In this document: in pieces, positions 1 through 13,939 of the stretch
Layout: every line of letters starts with the position of its first letter
How positions within the stretch are numbered: the stretch's first letter is position 1
Origin: Veleropilina oligotropha
Taxonomy: Eukaryota
DNA length: 64,000 nucleotides
NCBI GenBank assembly: GCA_048128005.1
Contig: JBEUKZ010000079.1
Coordinates: 1-64,000, forward strand
Direction: 5' to 3'
The notes under the pieces: model-generated
Database searches by the model: none
What the model was told of the DNA's origin: nothing
The model's input: only the letters and a program-made list of their open reading frames with translations
Position numbers and translations under genes: made by a program

Positions 1-60
1 AACAAATCTTGTATGATATTATAATTTGAGCTAAAAGTAATCTTTACAAATGCACAAAGT

Positions 61-499
61 GTGATGAATAAACGAGGGGAATTAGAAACAATAATAGATG
101 TACGCAACCCAGATGTGTTAGGAGTTACAGAGTCATGGACAAACAATAACATAAAAGATGCAGAATTAAATGTGTTGGGTTGCAAATTATGCAGAGAGGA
201 TAGAACAGATACTTTAAATGGCAGAGGGGGGAGGGGTACTGCTATACATAAAAGAAGAACTAAATTCTGTTTCTCGTGACGATTTTAAAATAAACTCTTT
301 TCAAAATTCAGTTTGGTACGAAATTTTGGCCAATAATAAAAGAGATTCCACAATTGTCGGTATTATTTACCGTTCACCAAATAGCCCAGAAGAAAATAGT
401 GCTAACTTAAACAAAACGTTAGCGAAAGTGAGTAACTGTAAGCTAAACGTATTAGTTATGGGAGACTTTAACTACCCGGATATAGTTAATTCGAATTAA
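61..499 (+). pseudogene. Apurinic-like endonuclease domain of CR1 ORF2, frameshifted
   Basis: Two overlapping frames (61-279 and 218-499) together give the endonuclease motifs; frameshift near the G-run at about 225-236; premature stop at 497-499. Confidence 0.8.
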
Positions 500-1216
500 A
501 TATGGTTCAAAACATAAGCAGAATTGGTAAACTTGGAAGTAGTGATCATGACTTGATTGAATTTCAGCTATACACAAAAACAACTATGAAAACATATACT
601 ATGAAAATATAAACTGGGGAGAATTTGAAAACCTATATGCTAAAGAATGTTGGGAAACTTTTCGAATTAACATCGAAGAAATAATGAAAGTAAATGTTGC
701 ACTAAAGTGTAGACGCAAACAGCATTCACCACCATGGTTAACCAGGAAAGTAAGAAAAATTATCAGAAGGAAATATTAGCGTTGGAAACGATACAGGGAG
801 TCACATGACACAGATGACCACCAAAAATATAAAGAATGTGAGAAAACGTGTAAAAAAGAAATCCGAGCAGCCAAGAAATGTTTTGAAGAAAATCTAGCAA
901 AAAACATCAAAGAAAATCCAATATCATTTTATGCTTACATTAGGTCAAAACAAAAAACAAAAGATGTCGTAGGTCCCCTGAAAGATGAAAAGGGAAATTC
1001 TATATCAGATGATTCACAAATCGCAGAATCCTTCAACAAATATTTTGCATCTGTCTATACGTTGGAGGATACGGTAAACATGCCACCAGAAAAACATATC
1101 TTTCAAGAAAAGGAAAACTTTTGTGAAAGTATTGAGATTACGAATGAAATGGTTGAAAAAAGATAAAGTTACTAAATGTTAGTAAAGCTCCAGGTCCGGA
1201 CAATATATATCCCAAA

Positions 1217-2638
1217 TTGCTGAAAGCCGGTAAGGAAGAATTAGTAAAGCCATTAACCATGATATTCAATAAATCATTAATAGAAGGAAGTTTGCCTGAT
1301 TACTGGAAAATTGGTAATATTACCCCAATCTTTAAGAAGGGAAGTAGGTCAAACACCCAAAATGATCGACCTATTAGTCTGACATCAATAGTAGGCAAGA
1401 TCGTGGAATCTATCTTAAAGGATGCTATCTTACAACATATTAATAAATTTGACTTGCTAAGCCTTAATCAGCATGGATTTATGGCGAAACGGTCTTGTTT
1501 AACCAACTTACTAGAATTTTTTGAAGATTTAACAACTGCCATAGATACGGGCAAACCAGTTGATATAATATATCTTGATTTTCAAAAGGCATTCGACAAA
1601 GTACCACATAAATGGCTAATACAAAAATTAAGTAACCATGGTCTGAAAGGTCCCATATTAAACTGGATAAGGATGTGGCTAGAAAATAGAAAACAGAGGG
1701 TTGTAATAAATGGGATCAAGTCAAAGTGGGAGCCGGTACTAAGTGGAGTCCCACAAGGTTCTGTTTTGGGCCCATTGCTGTTTCTTATATATTTAAATGA
1801 CATTGATGACGTCATTACGTCTCTTGTAAAAAAGTTTGCAGACGATACCAAATTGTACAGAATTGTTGAAACTGAAGACGATGCAAAAACACTTCAAAGT
1901 GATATATACAATCTGGTAAAATGGTCAGAGGATTGGCAAATGCTTTTTAAAACCAGTAAATGCAAGGTATTGCATGCGGGTTATAACAACAAAACTTTCA
2001 ATTATAAAATGGGTTCAGATACCTTAGAAGTAGTAACAAAAGAGAAAGATTTGGGTGTATGGGTAGACAATACGTTTAAACCATCAAATCAATGTGCAGA
2101 ATAAAAGGGAAATCAAATAGTGGGAATGATAAAGAGAAACTTTAATTTTAAATCCAGAGTCATCATAACACGCTTATACAAGCAAATGGTTAGACCGCAT
2201 TTAGAATATGCAGTGCAAGCATGGAGCCCATATCTTGCAAAGGATATCAAAATTCTTGAATAAGTTCAAAGAAGAGCCACAAAATTGATAGGCGAATTGA
2301 GTGAATTACCTTATGAGGATAGACTAATAGCACTTAACCTCACAACATTGTCTTTCAGAAGGACTCGGGGGGGGGGTATGATTCAGGTATTTAAAATGTT
2401 TACAGGAATTGACAATGTTGACAGTACTTTCTTTTTTCAGATGAACCAAAGACCTACCAGGGGCCATAAATACAAAGTTTACAAGAAAAGATTCCGACTA
2501 GACGTTAGAAAACACTTTTTCTCAAATCGGGTTGTCGATGAATGGAACAGCCTTCCTAGTAATGTAGTAGAATCAACATCTGTAAACCAATTTAAAAACC
2601 GCATAGATGATTATTTTAAGAAACAGGGCAGGCTATAG
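1217..2638 (+). pseudogene. Reverse transcriptase and C-terminal domain of CR1 ORF2, interrupted
   Basis: ORF 1217-2104 has the RT core including FADD; homology continues (VRPHLEYAVQAWSPYL) through a frameshift and stop into ORF 2285-2638. Confidence 0.88.
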
Positions 2639-2949
2639 ATGACCAGAAACGACAATGGGTTATAATATGAGTGGCAGTAATGCACTTCCTAAACCCAAAC
2701 AAATTATATTTAAATCTATTTAAATCTAATAATAATATATGTAACAAATCCGGGTCGGCTGGGGCAATCAGCCCATTCCGGCCTGATATAAATGGACAAC
2801 TGTTACTGATAACTACGCGAAGTGCCTAGTTGAGGACTCGAACTCGCACTGGTGAATCAGGGCACTCAGTTAATTTGGAGTCCCACTCTCATCCATTGCT
2901 TTTCAGCCCGCTTCAACAGTCCTGTGGTGTCGGTTGCAGACTCCGAAAA

Positions 2950-3132
2950 ATCACTGGCTTGATTCCGCTGACACGGATCTCGGTTCGGATATGACATTAT
3001 TTGTTCAAGTTATGAATGACAGTTGTTCGTAACTGGTTGGAGAGGACGGTTTTCCCTGATAATATGGACATGTCCTGCTTTGAAAATATACAAGACTTAA
3101 AGCATCGATCTTTTCCTTTCCTTTTTCATATA
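2950..3132 (+). mobile_element. SINE-like dispersed repeat, internally deleted copy
   Basis: Colinear similarity to 7829-8065 (CACTGGCTT..TCCGCT, CAGTTGT.CGTAACT.GTTGGAGA, GATAATATG.ACAT.TCCTGCTTTGAA, AAGCATCGATC.TTTCCTTT). Confidence 0.5.
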
Positions 3133-3358
3133 TTGCCCGACAAGGGCGCCATTGGCGAAGAGAGTGACATCATTTAATAATAGTAGTTAAATGGTTGTCA
3201 TTCACATTAAACAAGTTATTAAATAAATCATAAATATTTTAATAAACTGTGACATATGATCCATTCATTAACTCCAAAGTCATAAATAAGTTAATAGTTG
3301 ATATACATCTAATATAATTTCTGAATATTTAATCTAAAGCCTCAATAAACTCTAAAAA

Positions 3359-3372
3359 TATATATATATACA

Positions 3373-3463
<91 letters not shown>

Positions 3464-3632
3464 TGTACGTACGTACGTACGTACGTACGTACGTACGTAT
3501 GTATGTATGTATGTATGTATGTACGTATGTATGTATGTATGTATGCATGCATGCATGTATGTATGTATGCATGCATGCATGTATGTATGTATGCATGCAT
3601 GCATGCATGCGTGCATGCATGTTTGTGTGTAT
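3359..3632. repeat. Compound microsatellite (TA)n-(TATG)n-(TACG)n-(TATG/TGCA)n
   Basis: Directly visible. Confidence 0.97.
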
Positions 3633-3633
3633 G

Positions 3634-5172
3634 CACTGGTGGTCCCAACTGTGATCGGATATAGACTGGTGGTCCCGACTGCGATCGGATATAAACTGGT
3701 GGTCCCGACTGATATAGACTGGTGGTCCTGACTGATATAGACTGGTGATCCCGACTGATATAGGCCGGTGGTCCCGACTGATATAGGCTGGTGGTCCCGA
3801 CTGATATAGACTGGCAGTCCCGACTGCGATCGGATATAGACTGGTGGTCCAGAATTTGATCGGATATAGACTGGTGGTCCCGACTTTGATCGGATATAGA
3901 CTGGTGGTTTCGACTGATATAGACTGGTGGTCCTAACTGATATAGACTGGTGGTCCTGACTGATATAGACTGGTGGTTCCGACTTTGATCGGATATAGAC
4001 TGGTGATCCCGACTGATATAGACTGGTGGTCCTGACTGATATAGACTGATGGTCCCAACTGATATAGACTGGTGATCCTAACTGATATAGACTGGTGGTC
4101 CTGACTGATATAGACTGGTGATCCCGACTGATATAGACTGGTGGTCCCAACTGATATAGACTAGTGGTCCTGACTGATATAGACTGTTGATCCCGACTGA
4201 TATAGACTGGTGATCCTAACTGATATAGACTGGTGGTCCTGACTGATATAGATTGGTGGTTCCGACTTTGATCGGATATAGACTGGTGATCCCGACTGAT
4301 ATAGACTGGTGGTCCCGACTGATATAGACTGGTGGTCCTGACTGATATAGACTGGTGGTCCCAACTGATATAGACTGGTGGTTCCGACTTTGATCGGATA
4401 TAGGCTGGTGATCCCGACTGATATAGACTGGTGGTCCCGACTGATATAGACTGGTGGTTTCGACTGATATAGACTGGTGGTCCCGGCTGATATAGACTGG
4501 TGGTCCCGACTGTGATTGGATATAGACTGGTGGTCCCGGCTGTGATCGGCTATAGACTGGTTGTCCCGACTGATATAGACTGGTGGTCCCGACTGATATA
4601 GACTGGTGGTCCCGACTGTGATCGGATATAGACTGGTGGTCCCAACTGATATAGACTTGTGGTCCCAACTGATATAGACTGGTGGTCCCGATTGTGATCG
4701 GATATTGACCGGTGGTCTCGACTGAAAAGACTCGTGGTCACGACTGATATAGACTGGTGGTCCCGACCCTGATCGGATATAGACTGGCGGTCCCGACTGA
4801 TATAGACTCGTGGTCCCGTTTGTGATCGGATATAGACTGGTGGTCCCGACTGAAAAGACTCGTGGTCACGACTGATATAGACTGGTGGTCCCGACCCTGA
4901 TCGGATATAGACTGGTGGTCCCGACTGATATAGACTCGTGGTCCCGATTGTGATCGGATATAGACTGGTGGTCCCGACTGATATAGACTGGTGGTCCCGA
5001 CCGTCATCGGATATAGACTGGTGGTCCCGACTGATATAGGCTGGTGGTCCCGACTGATATAGACTGGTGGTCCCGACCGTGATCGGATATAGACTGGTGG
5101 TCCCGACCGTGATCGGATAAAGATTGGTGGTCCCGACTGTGATCGGATATAGACTCGTGGTCCCGATTGTGA
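3634..5172. repeat. Minisatellite of interspersed 23-bp (GACTGGTGGTCCCGACTGATATA) and 30-bp (with a GTGATCG-type insert) units
   Basis: Directly visible tandem array; the periodic ORFs in the track are its translations. Confidence 0.97.
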
Positions 5173-5424
5173 CAAGACCGAAAAACTGTCAAAGGCGGTG
5201 GTACAGGCTGCGTCACATGATCAATCTATGAATATTCTTCTTGTAAGTTGGTGCATATATCAAAGTTTACCGTATAGGCTATACCACAACGTTGTGTTGT
5301 TTAATCGGAGTGACCCGCAGGTAAACAGGATTAGACAACAGAAACAGATCGAGTGATATGACCTAATTAATCTATTGCAAAATCATAATAAAGTAATGAA
5401 ATAAAAACTCATTATTAGTGTATG

Positions 5425-5752
5425 AAAGTAGTTCCCCTTGGTCAAACAACAATATGGATAAAAAGTAGTTCCCCGTAGTCCAACAACAATATGGTTAGTT
5501 CAACTACAAGTTTATACAATATAATGACATCGATACCAATGGTTTAATATCCAGGTAAACCATCGTATGGTCTAACTAACAATATGCTTAGTTAAACTAC
5601 AAGTCAATACAATATAGAATGACGTCGATACCAATGGTTTAATATCCACGTAAACGATCTTGTAATCCAACAAAAATATGGATAGTTAAACTACAAGTCA
5701 AGACAATAGAATGACGTCGATACCAATGGTTTAATATCCAGGTAAACCATCT
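5425..5752. repeat. Local tandem repeat, about 3 copies of a ~90-bp unit
   Basis: CAAYAATATG..TAGTT.AACTACAAGT...GATACCAATGGTTTAATATCCA.GTAAAC occurs three times. Confidence 0.75.
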
Positions 5753-7828
5753 TACATGCGATTATTTACGAAATGGAGCTGACTATATACTATACAACTT
5801 GTGGTATGATCACTCACTTGCTTGACCAATCTGAAATCTGGTAAAGCGAGTTCGTAGTTAAACAGGTAAGCACAAAACAGTTGGAGACTCTCTTGCAATT
5901 ATATGAAAATGATTTATGTGGTGTCGCAAGTCCGGACTAATCCCCCAAAATATTAGATACAATGCAATTCAAAGGATAATGTCATGTAACTTTACAAGTA
6001 ACTTTTATACATGTTATATTCAGTGAAAAATTCAGCAATTTGCTATATACACTGAGGCTTGATAATATATACCATAAGTTCTAAAGGAATGCACACTAAG
6101 TCTTGACGTACAAAGCTTCAGTTTCGTATGACAAAGTTATATGACTTGGCTCACTTGGGTGTCAGTATGGTATCTGTCATGTCATACACGCCAAGACAAT
6201 ATATTGTAAAATGCAAGCTGTAACCCCTTAAAACATGGAATTGCCCATTATAACAGCTGCTACGATGCGGGCCGTTTGGTGTTGCCTAAGTCCGACTTCA
6301 ATAACTGGCGGAATGCCCGTCACCGCGTTACAGTGTTAATGAGATAAATAGTTCTGTAACTTGCTGTGGGTTTTCTATATGTCCGGAGAACAATGGTGGA
6401 AGGCTAATGGTCTTCATCATACGTGTCGTCTAGTTTTACATCTAATATCTGCCACTGTCTCTTGATCGACTCAGCCGACTCTGGTCATTCCAACATTTAT
6501 AAAGGACCGTTGTGTTATCCATGCTGGAATGCGATGGTATAAGATAACATCCCCGTGACAAGACGCTATCCGCTGGAGTCGTTGAGTTTTCATCTCTCTA
6601 CTGGATCACAAAGTCAGAAGTAGATTCTTGACAATTCATTTATATAGTCCACAACATGGTACAAATTACATCGGATACATTTTCTATGCTACACAAAATG
6701 AGCCCCGCCCGGGCGTGCTTTCTAGCCTAGGACTAGTACGGGAGGCATCCAAATTGCGCACTAGTCTTTAAATCGTATATTTTCACACCGGTCACACCCT
6801 CTTCTAAGCCAATCGACTAGCACGCTTTGGATTCACCCACTTAGCTTTAACTCCCCTCCTCGCTTAATTTTCCCCATATTACATCATAACTTGTCCAATG
6901 TTGCAACAGTAACGCGTGCAAAAGGACTCTGAGTAAGCATCATTAATCTATTTCAATTATATAAACATGTCAAACATTATGTGACGTCAATGAGAGTCGA
7001 GTCTTCCATCGAAATGGTGCTGGAAAGATGTCAAATCATTCATTGTTCTCATTGGTCAGCAATCCGAGTTAATCCGTTGTTTGGGTTGGAAAAATGAGCA
7101 ACTGACAATATGAGGCCCATTATTCAAATATCACGCTCTGTGTGTGCATGCAGTAGGTAATACACTCCCACCCGGGGGGGGGGGGGTATCAGGGTTATCA
7201 GGCATTATATGGATATCGCCGAAGGGTGTCAGTGTTTTTTCTGTCATGCATATACAAGGAAAATCTAATGTAAATTACAAGCTGTAACCCAATAAACATG
7301 ACCCAATATGAAATAGTGGACTCTTCCATTGAAAGGAGTATGGCACCTTGTCAAATTCTTCGTTAAAACAACTGTTGTGTGCGACCCGAGTTAATCCAAT
7401 TGTTTGGGCAATTTCCTGGAACAATGGAGCACCTGCCACTGCGATCCTATTATTAAGATATCAAGCTCATGGTATATATAAACCAACACTGCGTCCTTCT
7501 AATGATTCCTGGCATTCTGATATCGTTAAAATACCCACAAAGTGGTCTTAGTCATTAAATATTGTATTGTCGGAAGTAGTGAAAAACGCTTTTCATATTA
7601 AACCCATGACGCAAATGTATTTTTGTCACTTAGCCAAGGTTAGAAACTTTGCAATTTTTCCCAAAAATTATCCCCTGGAGCGCATACGAATTAAAGGTAA
7701 AATATAATAAAACCGGGTCGATTCTAATATTGGAGTGAGAGTGCATGACGGACGTTTCGTCGAGCATTGTGGAAAATTGCAACAATATCACTGATTTACT
7801 ATTTTACAATATTGTCACATCGCAAAAG

Positions 7829-8065
7829 TCACTGGCTTAACTCCGCTATCACAAACAGTAGTAGGTTCGAACCGCGGTTGGAACATGGCACATTTATTCA
7901 GGTTATGAGTCACAGTTGTCCGTAACTCGTTGGAGACGGCGGGTTTCACCGGGCGACCGGGATTTCAGAGATAATATGAACATTTCCTGCTTTGAACTAA
8001 ATGGTTGGAAATATACAGGATATTAAGCATCGATCCTTTCCTTTTCCTATCTTTTTTCATATTTG
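7829..8065 (+). mobile_element. tRNA-head SINE, possibly MetaSINE-like
   Basis: B-box-like GGTTCGAACC near 7864, then AGTTGTCCGTAACTCG...GGCGGGTTTCACCGGG, which resembles the central Meta domain as I recall it; second copy at 2950-3132. Confidence 0.5.
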
Positions 8066-8408
8066 ACGTAACGTCTGTATATTTCGATAAAAAGTCTGCT
8101 CGAAATCGACGAAACGTCAATGGTGGAATTGGGAATGGCACGAAATGACTGCATCTTTGGTAATTATAATGAATAACAGACCGAACGAGTTCAACAACGA
8201 GCATCGCTTTCTGCAGTGATTTTTTATTATAAAACAGCAAACTATGTAGGTTATTTTTACTTTGAATCATCAAACATTTTTATAGCATCCACATATATGT
8301 AAGTAAGGCATTGTAGGACATTATGAGATAATTTCGGGCAATACAACTATACTGATTTTACTACAGAAAGCTCATTCTAGCAAAACGAGCATTCTATGTG
8401 AGCATACT

Positions 8409-8994
8409 CTGGGGGCCGTTTCACGTACATGACTTCACCCGCTTCGAATATCATTTAGCCAATTAAACATATTTTAGTTCTACATTGAGGCATACAACTA
8501 CTTTAAATATAAGTCATTTTCATGAAAATATATTATTATCGTAAATTAGAGACAATAATTATTAGCTTAGAAAGAAAACAAATGTATGCAAATCGTCGTA
8601 CATTTCGCTCCAGGGAGACAACTCCGCCTTAGATGGCTATGATCCTTAGCCAGCTGCATGGGTGGCTAAGGATTTATAGTCGACTAGCTATTTTAAGATG
8701 CAACACGCTGTCAACATAAGGCGATATGGTAGAGTTGTCTCCCTGGAGCTAAATGTACGACGATTTGCATACATTTGTTTTCTTTCTAAACTAATAATTA
8801 TTATCTCTAATTTACGATAATAATATATTTTCTTGAAAAGGACATATATTTAACGTAGTGGTATGCCTCAATGTAAAATTAAAATATGTTTAATTGGCTA
8901 AATGATATTCGAAGCGGGTGGTGTCCACCATTTTGTTTCGTGAAAAAACCGACTTAGGCTATAGCCTAAGTCATGTACGTGAAACGGCCCCCAG
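8409..8994. mobile_element. Fold-back MITE, PIF/Harbinger-like
   Basis: TIRs GGGGCCGTTTCACGTACATGACTT / AAGTCATGTACGTGAAACGGCCCC flanked by CTG / CAG; interior about 8437-8640 is the inverted copy of about 8720-8920. Confidence 0.8.
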
Positions 8995-9519
8995 ATAGTA
9001 TAGCATGGGAGCTAAGTCATGATATTCCCGATAAGTGAAGAGGAGTTGTGTCCCTTATGATCGCAATCATAATGCTAAAATGCTATCGAAAACTTTAACT
9101 GTGATGTGACGCTCCGAGAGCGTAGTGGCACAAAGCGTCTAGTGCATGGCAAAAATCGATCGAAAAACGTTATTTGCCTACTTGGCTGCAATGGTATCTC
9201 GCTGCAGCTATCACTATTTGCTGAATGGAGGGGTTATTTTGTGTTCCTTATGTGAATTGTTAGTACTACGTTTAATATAACACTAACTTGTGTTGTGTAT
9301 ATCCGGGATATATGTAGACCAAACCAGGGATAATTCATTTTGAATACCAGGGTGGTGCTGTCGTTTCATTTGATCTATATAGCAGGGGCGGTAACCCTCT
9401 AGATAAGGAAATAATAGTTGTGTCCCTTATGATCGCAATCTTAAAGAGACTATTGCCGGTAAATGCCCTCTTTCGCACGAGTTGCCTCAGGCACGAGTTG
9501 TCCTGACACCATCTATCGC

Positions 9520-9940
9520 CCGGTTCGCGCATATCCATACACATTTCGCGAAGATGTGATCGATATATGATCAAATGATAGACGTTTATTGAAATTATTA
9601 TTGTAACTGGGCAATATATGTTATTGTCAAGTAGAAAGCTATCTTACTTGGCGAGCAGAAACCAACGCAACTGTGCTCCAACTAGGTCAATTGGAAATGA
9701 ACTCGGTGCGAGGTAATTAAACGCGGACCGCGTTTTATTATTTTTAAATATTCAGTAGCGATTAAGCGGTCCGCTTTTAATTACCTCTCACCGAGTGACA
9801 TTTACAATTGACTTTGCTGGAGCAAAGTAAGATAGCTTTCTATTTGATAATTGCCCAGTTACAATAATAATTTCAATAAAAATCTATCATTTTGATCATA
9901 CATGTATATCGATCATATCTTCGATAAATGTGTGCGAAAC
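9520..9940. mobile_element. ~400-bp imperfect palindrome (fold-back MITE-like element)
   Basis: TTTATTGAAATTATTATTGTAACTGGGCAAT versus ATTGCCCAGTTACAATAATAATTTCAATAAA, and GCGGACCGC versus GCGGTCCGC, symmetric about ~9745. Confidence 0.72.
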
Positions 9941-10584
9941 GTGCGTTCATTCATTTTATACAATAGAGGCGGTTCAGTAATGCTACGCATTCACGAAAAT
10001 GGCGTGAATAAGGCCAATAGTCAGGGTTAGGTAACGCTAATCATGATCATCAAAAGAGGGTAGGCCCTACCGATAGGGTTACCCTAACCCTAACCCTCGT
10101 ATTTCCTTGCAGCATATGTCGAAAAATTGATGGGGAAAAATTACTAGTCTCTTCTTAGATGGAGGTGAACTGAGTCGTTAACTTTTTTACTTGCGTACAC
10201 ATCTAATAATAGTTGTATGCTATGGTTACATTAATGGTTATAATGTGGGCGACTTTGGTGTGTGGCATCTTTAATGATTACGTCATTGTTCAATGCTTCA
10301 TATTCGTCACCAGAAAACTGTGTCAAAAGCATAATACTTGATCGCTTCTCTCAAAAGATAATCCTAGTAACGCAGGTATATTACTGTGCGGTTAATGATT
10401 AGAAAGCCTTCGGAAGAGCTCTATCAATATCATTTTATAATTGGAAATTATGGTGTCATATAAAGATTAGATATTCCACGTGACTGTATATTGTAAAAAG
10501 TGGAGAAAACTACACGAGAAGCGCGTCATGCCTTGTGGTAAACTTCGGTGTACATACTTACGACGGGCTCATGATTGGAATAGC

Positions 10585-11347
10585 AGTCGTATCGTGCTGA
10601 TCACTGTCATCATGTCAGGAAATGTTCTGACGCTTGTTGTAATATGGTGTACGAAAGACTTACAGAGCACGACGAACACGTTTATAAGTTGCGATTTCGG
10701 ATTTCTCCAAACACGTCACGTCGACGCGTGTGTGCCTCGCTACAGCGATAACGTTTCAGATGTCGACGACGTTATCGGTGTTCAGTGTACTTCTCATTGC
10801 CACCGATCGGTGCATCCACATTTGCTTCCATATGAAGTATTACCGACTAGTGACGGCAAAGCGCACTTGCGCCATAATCGTCATATCATGGATCGTTATA
10901 ATGCTAGGTTGCATCATTGAGAAATGGGACATGATGGATAACTGCAGTAGCTGTCATACCATGCCGGCGCTGATTGCTTCTCAGGTTCTCTTTGGACTCG
11001 TGTACCTGGTGATGCTGTCGTGTTACGGGGCGATATTGCACACCGCCGTCCGGCAGAGAAGGCGCATTCGCGCTGTTAGTGCCAATTCCATCAACTGGAC
11101 TACTTCGGACATGAAATTGGTGAAGCTGATTTATTCTGTCATGGGGATTTTCTCATCGCTCTGGATTCCTATTTCAGTCTTAAGCGCCGTCGACGCAATA
11201 TCCGGGTCAAAGTTCATCAGCGATTATGGACCAATCGCTCTCTTTCTAGCTATGGCCAATTCTGGTTTGAATTTCTTCATTTACATTGCAAAGAACAATG
11301 AGTTCAGGAATGCAATTAAAAAATTACTTACTGTCAGAAGAAAATAA
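10585..11347 (+). pseudogene. Class A (rhodopsin-like) GPCR pseudogene, paralog of 27397-28287
   Basis: TM1 (SGNVLTLVVIW..TTNTFI) is in one frame and TM3-TM7 (IATDRC, LWIP, NSGLNFFIY) in another; the TM2 LAxAD segment is deleted; frameshift near 10720-10730. Confidence 0.8.
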
Positions 11348-11689
11348 TTATTCACATATATCTGTCTAATTTTATTATGTACTATAGCACTGAAATGTAT
11401 TCGTAGATTCAATTTTTTATTCACAGTTTCGAATTTATTTGTTATTCCCATTTAGATCTTCCATTTTTTCACGAGATCAAATGATGCAATAATTTATTAT
11501 GGGAAACACTATATATAAACGGAGTATTTTATGTGTAACATAATTGTAATTACATTTTTTAATTTGATGTTTTACAAGCATTTACTATAAAATAAAATCA
11601 ATGTATGTGAATTATGGGTATCATCATCCTAATTAAAATAATGACTCTGTCAATGCGCAAATTCAAAAGACTTTTAATGAAAAATTATT

Positions 11690-12560
11690 CCGCAACGCAT
11701 AGGGAATATGAATGCAAGATCAATTTAAATTGTCATATCAACACTACCATGCATCTATTGGAGACCTATGGGAGATCATGGTTGAGCTTTCAAATCTTAC
11801 CTTGCCATTTGACCGCGAATGACCTTGATAGTGCAAAATGACCTAATCAAGGAAACGCATTTGTAATGAATCTGAACAGTCGACTTTTAAATGAATAGCT
11901 GTTCGATATAGCATATGGAATATCACTTAATGCACAATTTAAATCTGTTCTGTCCGCAGCAGCAGCTATGGTCACCTGAAAGTTTAATGGGTCATATTTT
12001 ATAAACCATGACAGATAGCGTTGCGGTTACTATTGGAAGTCATAAGTTGACTTTTAACTGCGACTTAGACCATCGACCTCGGATTCTCTAGAAAGAGATA
12101 AATGATATAATTAAAAAAAATGGTGCATCAACGTTTGCAACAAAATGGGTGGGCAAGTTGATTGGGTCACATCTTCCAAACCATGACAAATATACATACG
12201 GTTACTATTGAGGCCTATGGGAAGTCATGGATGAGCCTTAAAATGTGACTTGGACCGCGGATGACCTAGATAACCGAAAGTGACCTACTTAATAGAAATC
12301 ATATAAAATGACGTATGAACATTAGGAACATAATGACCGGGCTTTCAAAAATAACCTTGCCCTTTGACAGCGGATGACGAAATAACTTACTAAATACAAA
12401 ATGACCTTGAACTTCGACATATCACAAAGATAGACAAAAATCTAATTAGCAAAAATAGGCAAATAAATGTGACCTAATTTCAAAATGCACAAAAATTAAG
12501 TAGGCATCTATGTGAAGTCATGGTAGCTTTCAAATGTTGCCATGATCGTTTACTTGTGTA
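11690..12560 (+). repeat. Degenerate fragments related to the HINE array at 29.6-52.1 kb
   Basis: Shared motifs CCTATGGGAAGTCATGG, GGTTACTATTG and TGACCT clusters. Confidence 0.5.
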
Positions 12561-13470
12561 CTTGGTGACAACGGCAAATAGGTTTCTCACCAGATCATAA
12601 ACCGGTACCTCGGAAATAACGTACTATAGGTTGCCTACCACTAAATGATTTTCCATTGGAATCAATGTTAGCCAAATTGTCCATTATATCCATAGTCCTT
12701 TTCCCAAAGAGGGTATAGCAGGCCTGTATGGTGTCATCAACCATTCTTCGCAAGGAAAAATTTAAAAAAATACAAAATCTTCACCTCTCAAGCTTGTGGC
12801 ACCCATCTGCAGCTTGTAAACAACAGATCCGCAGTAAATCTCAGTCGCCGGCCCGAGTTAAACCCGATATCTTACAACCACTGCTTAAATAGCCCATTTG
12901 TTACACACACATAATTTATTTATGTTTTAATTAAGAAAACTGTCAGCTGATTTAATTAGAATATAGTTCGCACAATATCATCCATCACCTGCCTGGTATC
13001 CAGTTAAATACATATCACGACTTCCGGGGGCATCGTAGTCTGCCCATTTAGTGGCATAAACCAGAATCGGATCCGGACTGGGAAATGTCCAGTATTAGTG
13101 ACGCATTCGACCAGGATGCTAACAAGTCCAGTATATACTGAGAGTCGCGGGCAAACCAACAGACAAAACTACTCAATTGCAAATCATTCTGATATTTATT
13201 TAATGAAATACACAATAAATGTTTATTCGTGATAATGGTGCCTGACACATACTGTACCAGTGGCTTCTTGGTAAATTGGTTGTTATAATTCATGATAATA
13301 ATAGCAGTATTTCTAATGTATGACTGTATTTGTTACTCGTCACTTACATTAAACATATTATGGAGTTTCGAGATACCGCGCACTGCTGAAGTAACAGGTC
13401 GGAGGAGTTTCGAGATACCACGCACTGATGAACTAGAGGTATTCTCCTCATACTGGCCCCCCTTTTGTAT

Positions 13471-13860
13471 ATAATAATAATAATAATAAATTATGTATTT
13501 ATAAAGCGCTATTTATCCAGCGTCCAAGTTGCTGGTCAAAAGCGCTACAGGTACATGCTCAGTTGAATCACGTCAGGTATATGCTATACTGAAGAGTGTA
13601 GTCTTCAGGTTGGTTTTGAAGGTGTCGAGGTCTGGACAGTTTCGCGTCGCCAATGGCAAGCCATTCCACAGGACAGCGCCGGCCTTTTGGAAACTTCGGT
13701 CGCCGTACATCTTTTTCTTTGTTGATGGGACTGCAAGCTGTAGTCGATCGGCAGATCGTAATGGGCGGAAAGGATGGTAAAGCACAGTTAGTTCTTGAAG
13801 ATACACAGGTGCCTGATGGTGGATTGCTTTGTACACGAATGTTAGCATATATAATATATC
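13471..13860 (-). mobile_element. 3' fragment of an L2-clade LINE
   Basis: ORF 13573-13863 (VYKAIHHQAPVYLQEL..LRS..GDRSFQKAGAVLWNGLP..FKTNLKT) is a typical L2 ORF2 C-terminus; followed by a short 3' UTR and (TTA)n tail. Confidence 0.82.
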
Positions 13861-13939
13861 CATTGAGATTAAATAATCAATAACTCTAATATAAATTTCC
13901 TAGTAACTGTCAGAAAGTATATATTTTACAATAGTTCAT

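Larger units (their letters stand above)
1..2735 (+). mobile_element. CR1-clade non-LTR retrotransposon (ORF2 region plus 3' UTR), decayed; 5' part lies upstream of the window
   Basis: APE endonuclease motifs (GVTESW, GGGVLLY, YRSP, MGDFNYP), RT motifs (RPISLTS, QHGF, YLDFQKAFDKVPH, SGVPQGSVLGPLLF, FADDTK), CR1-type C-terminus (RLDVRKHFFSNRVVDEWNSLP), short repeated ATTTAAATCT 3' tail at about 2708-2727. Confidence 0.9.

Noticed and set aside
2740..3254. Solo LTR (TGTAACA...TGTGACA)
   Set aside because: Flanks TATA/TATG are an imperfect TSD, the interior includes a SINE-like segment, and there is no second copy or internal domain in the window
3329..5216. Many ORFs of 63-273 aa
   Set aside because: Translations of micro- and minisatellites in several frames
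6355..6883. Possible solo LTR (TGTAAC...ATTACA with a minus-strand TATA)
   Set aside because: No matching target-site duplication and no supporting copy
10022..10097. Telomeric TTAGGG/CCCTAA repeats
   Set aside because: Only two or three units; too short to call an interstitial telomere
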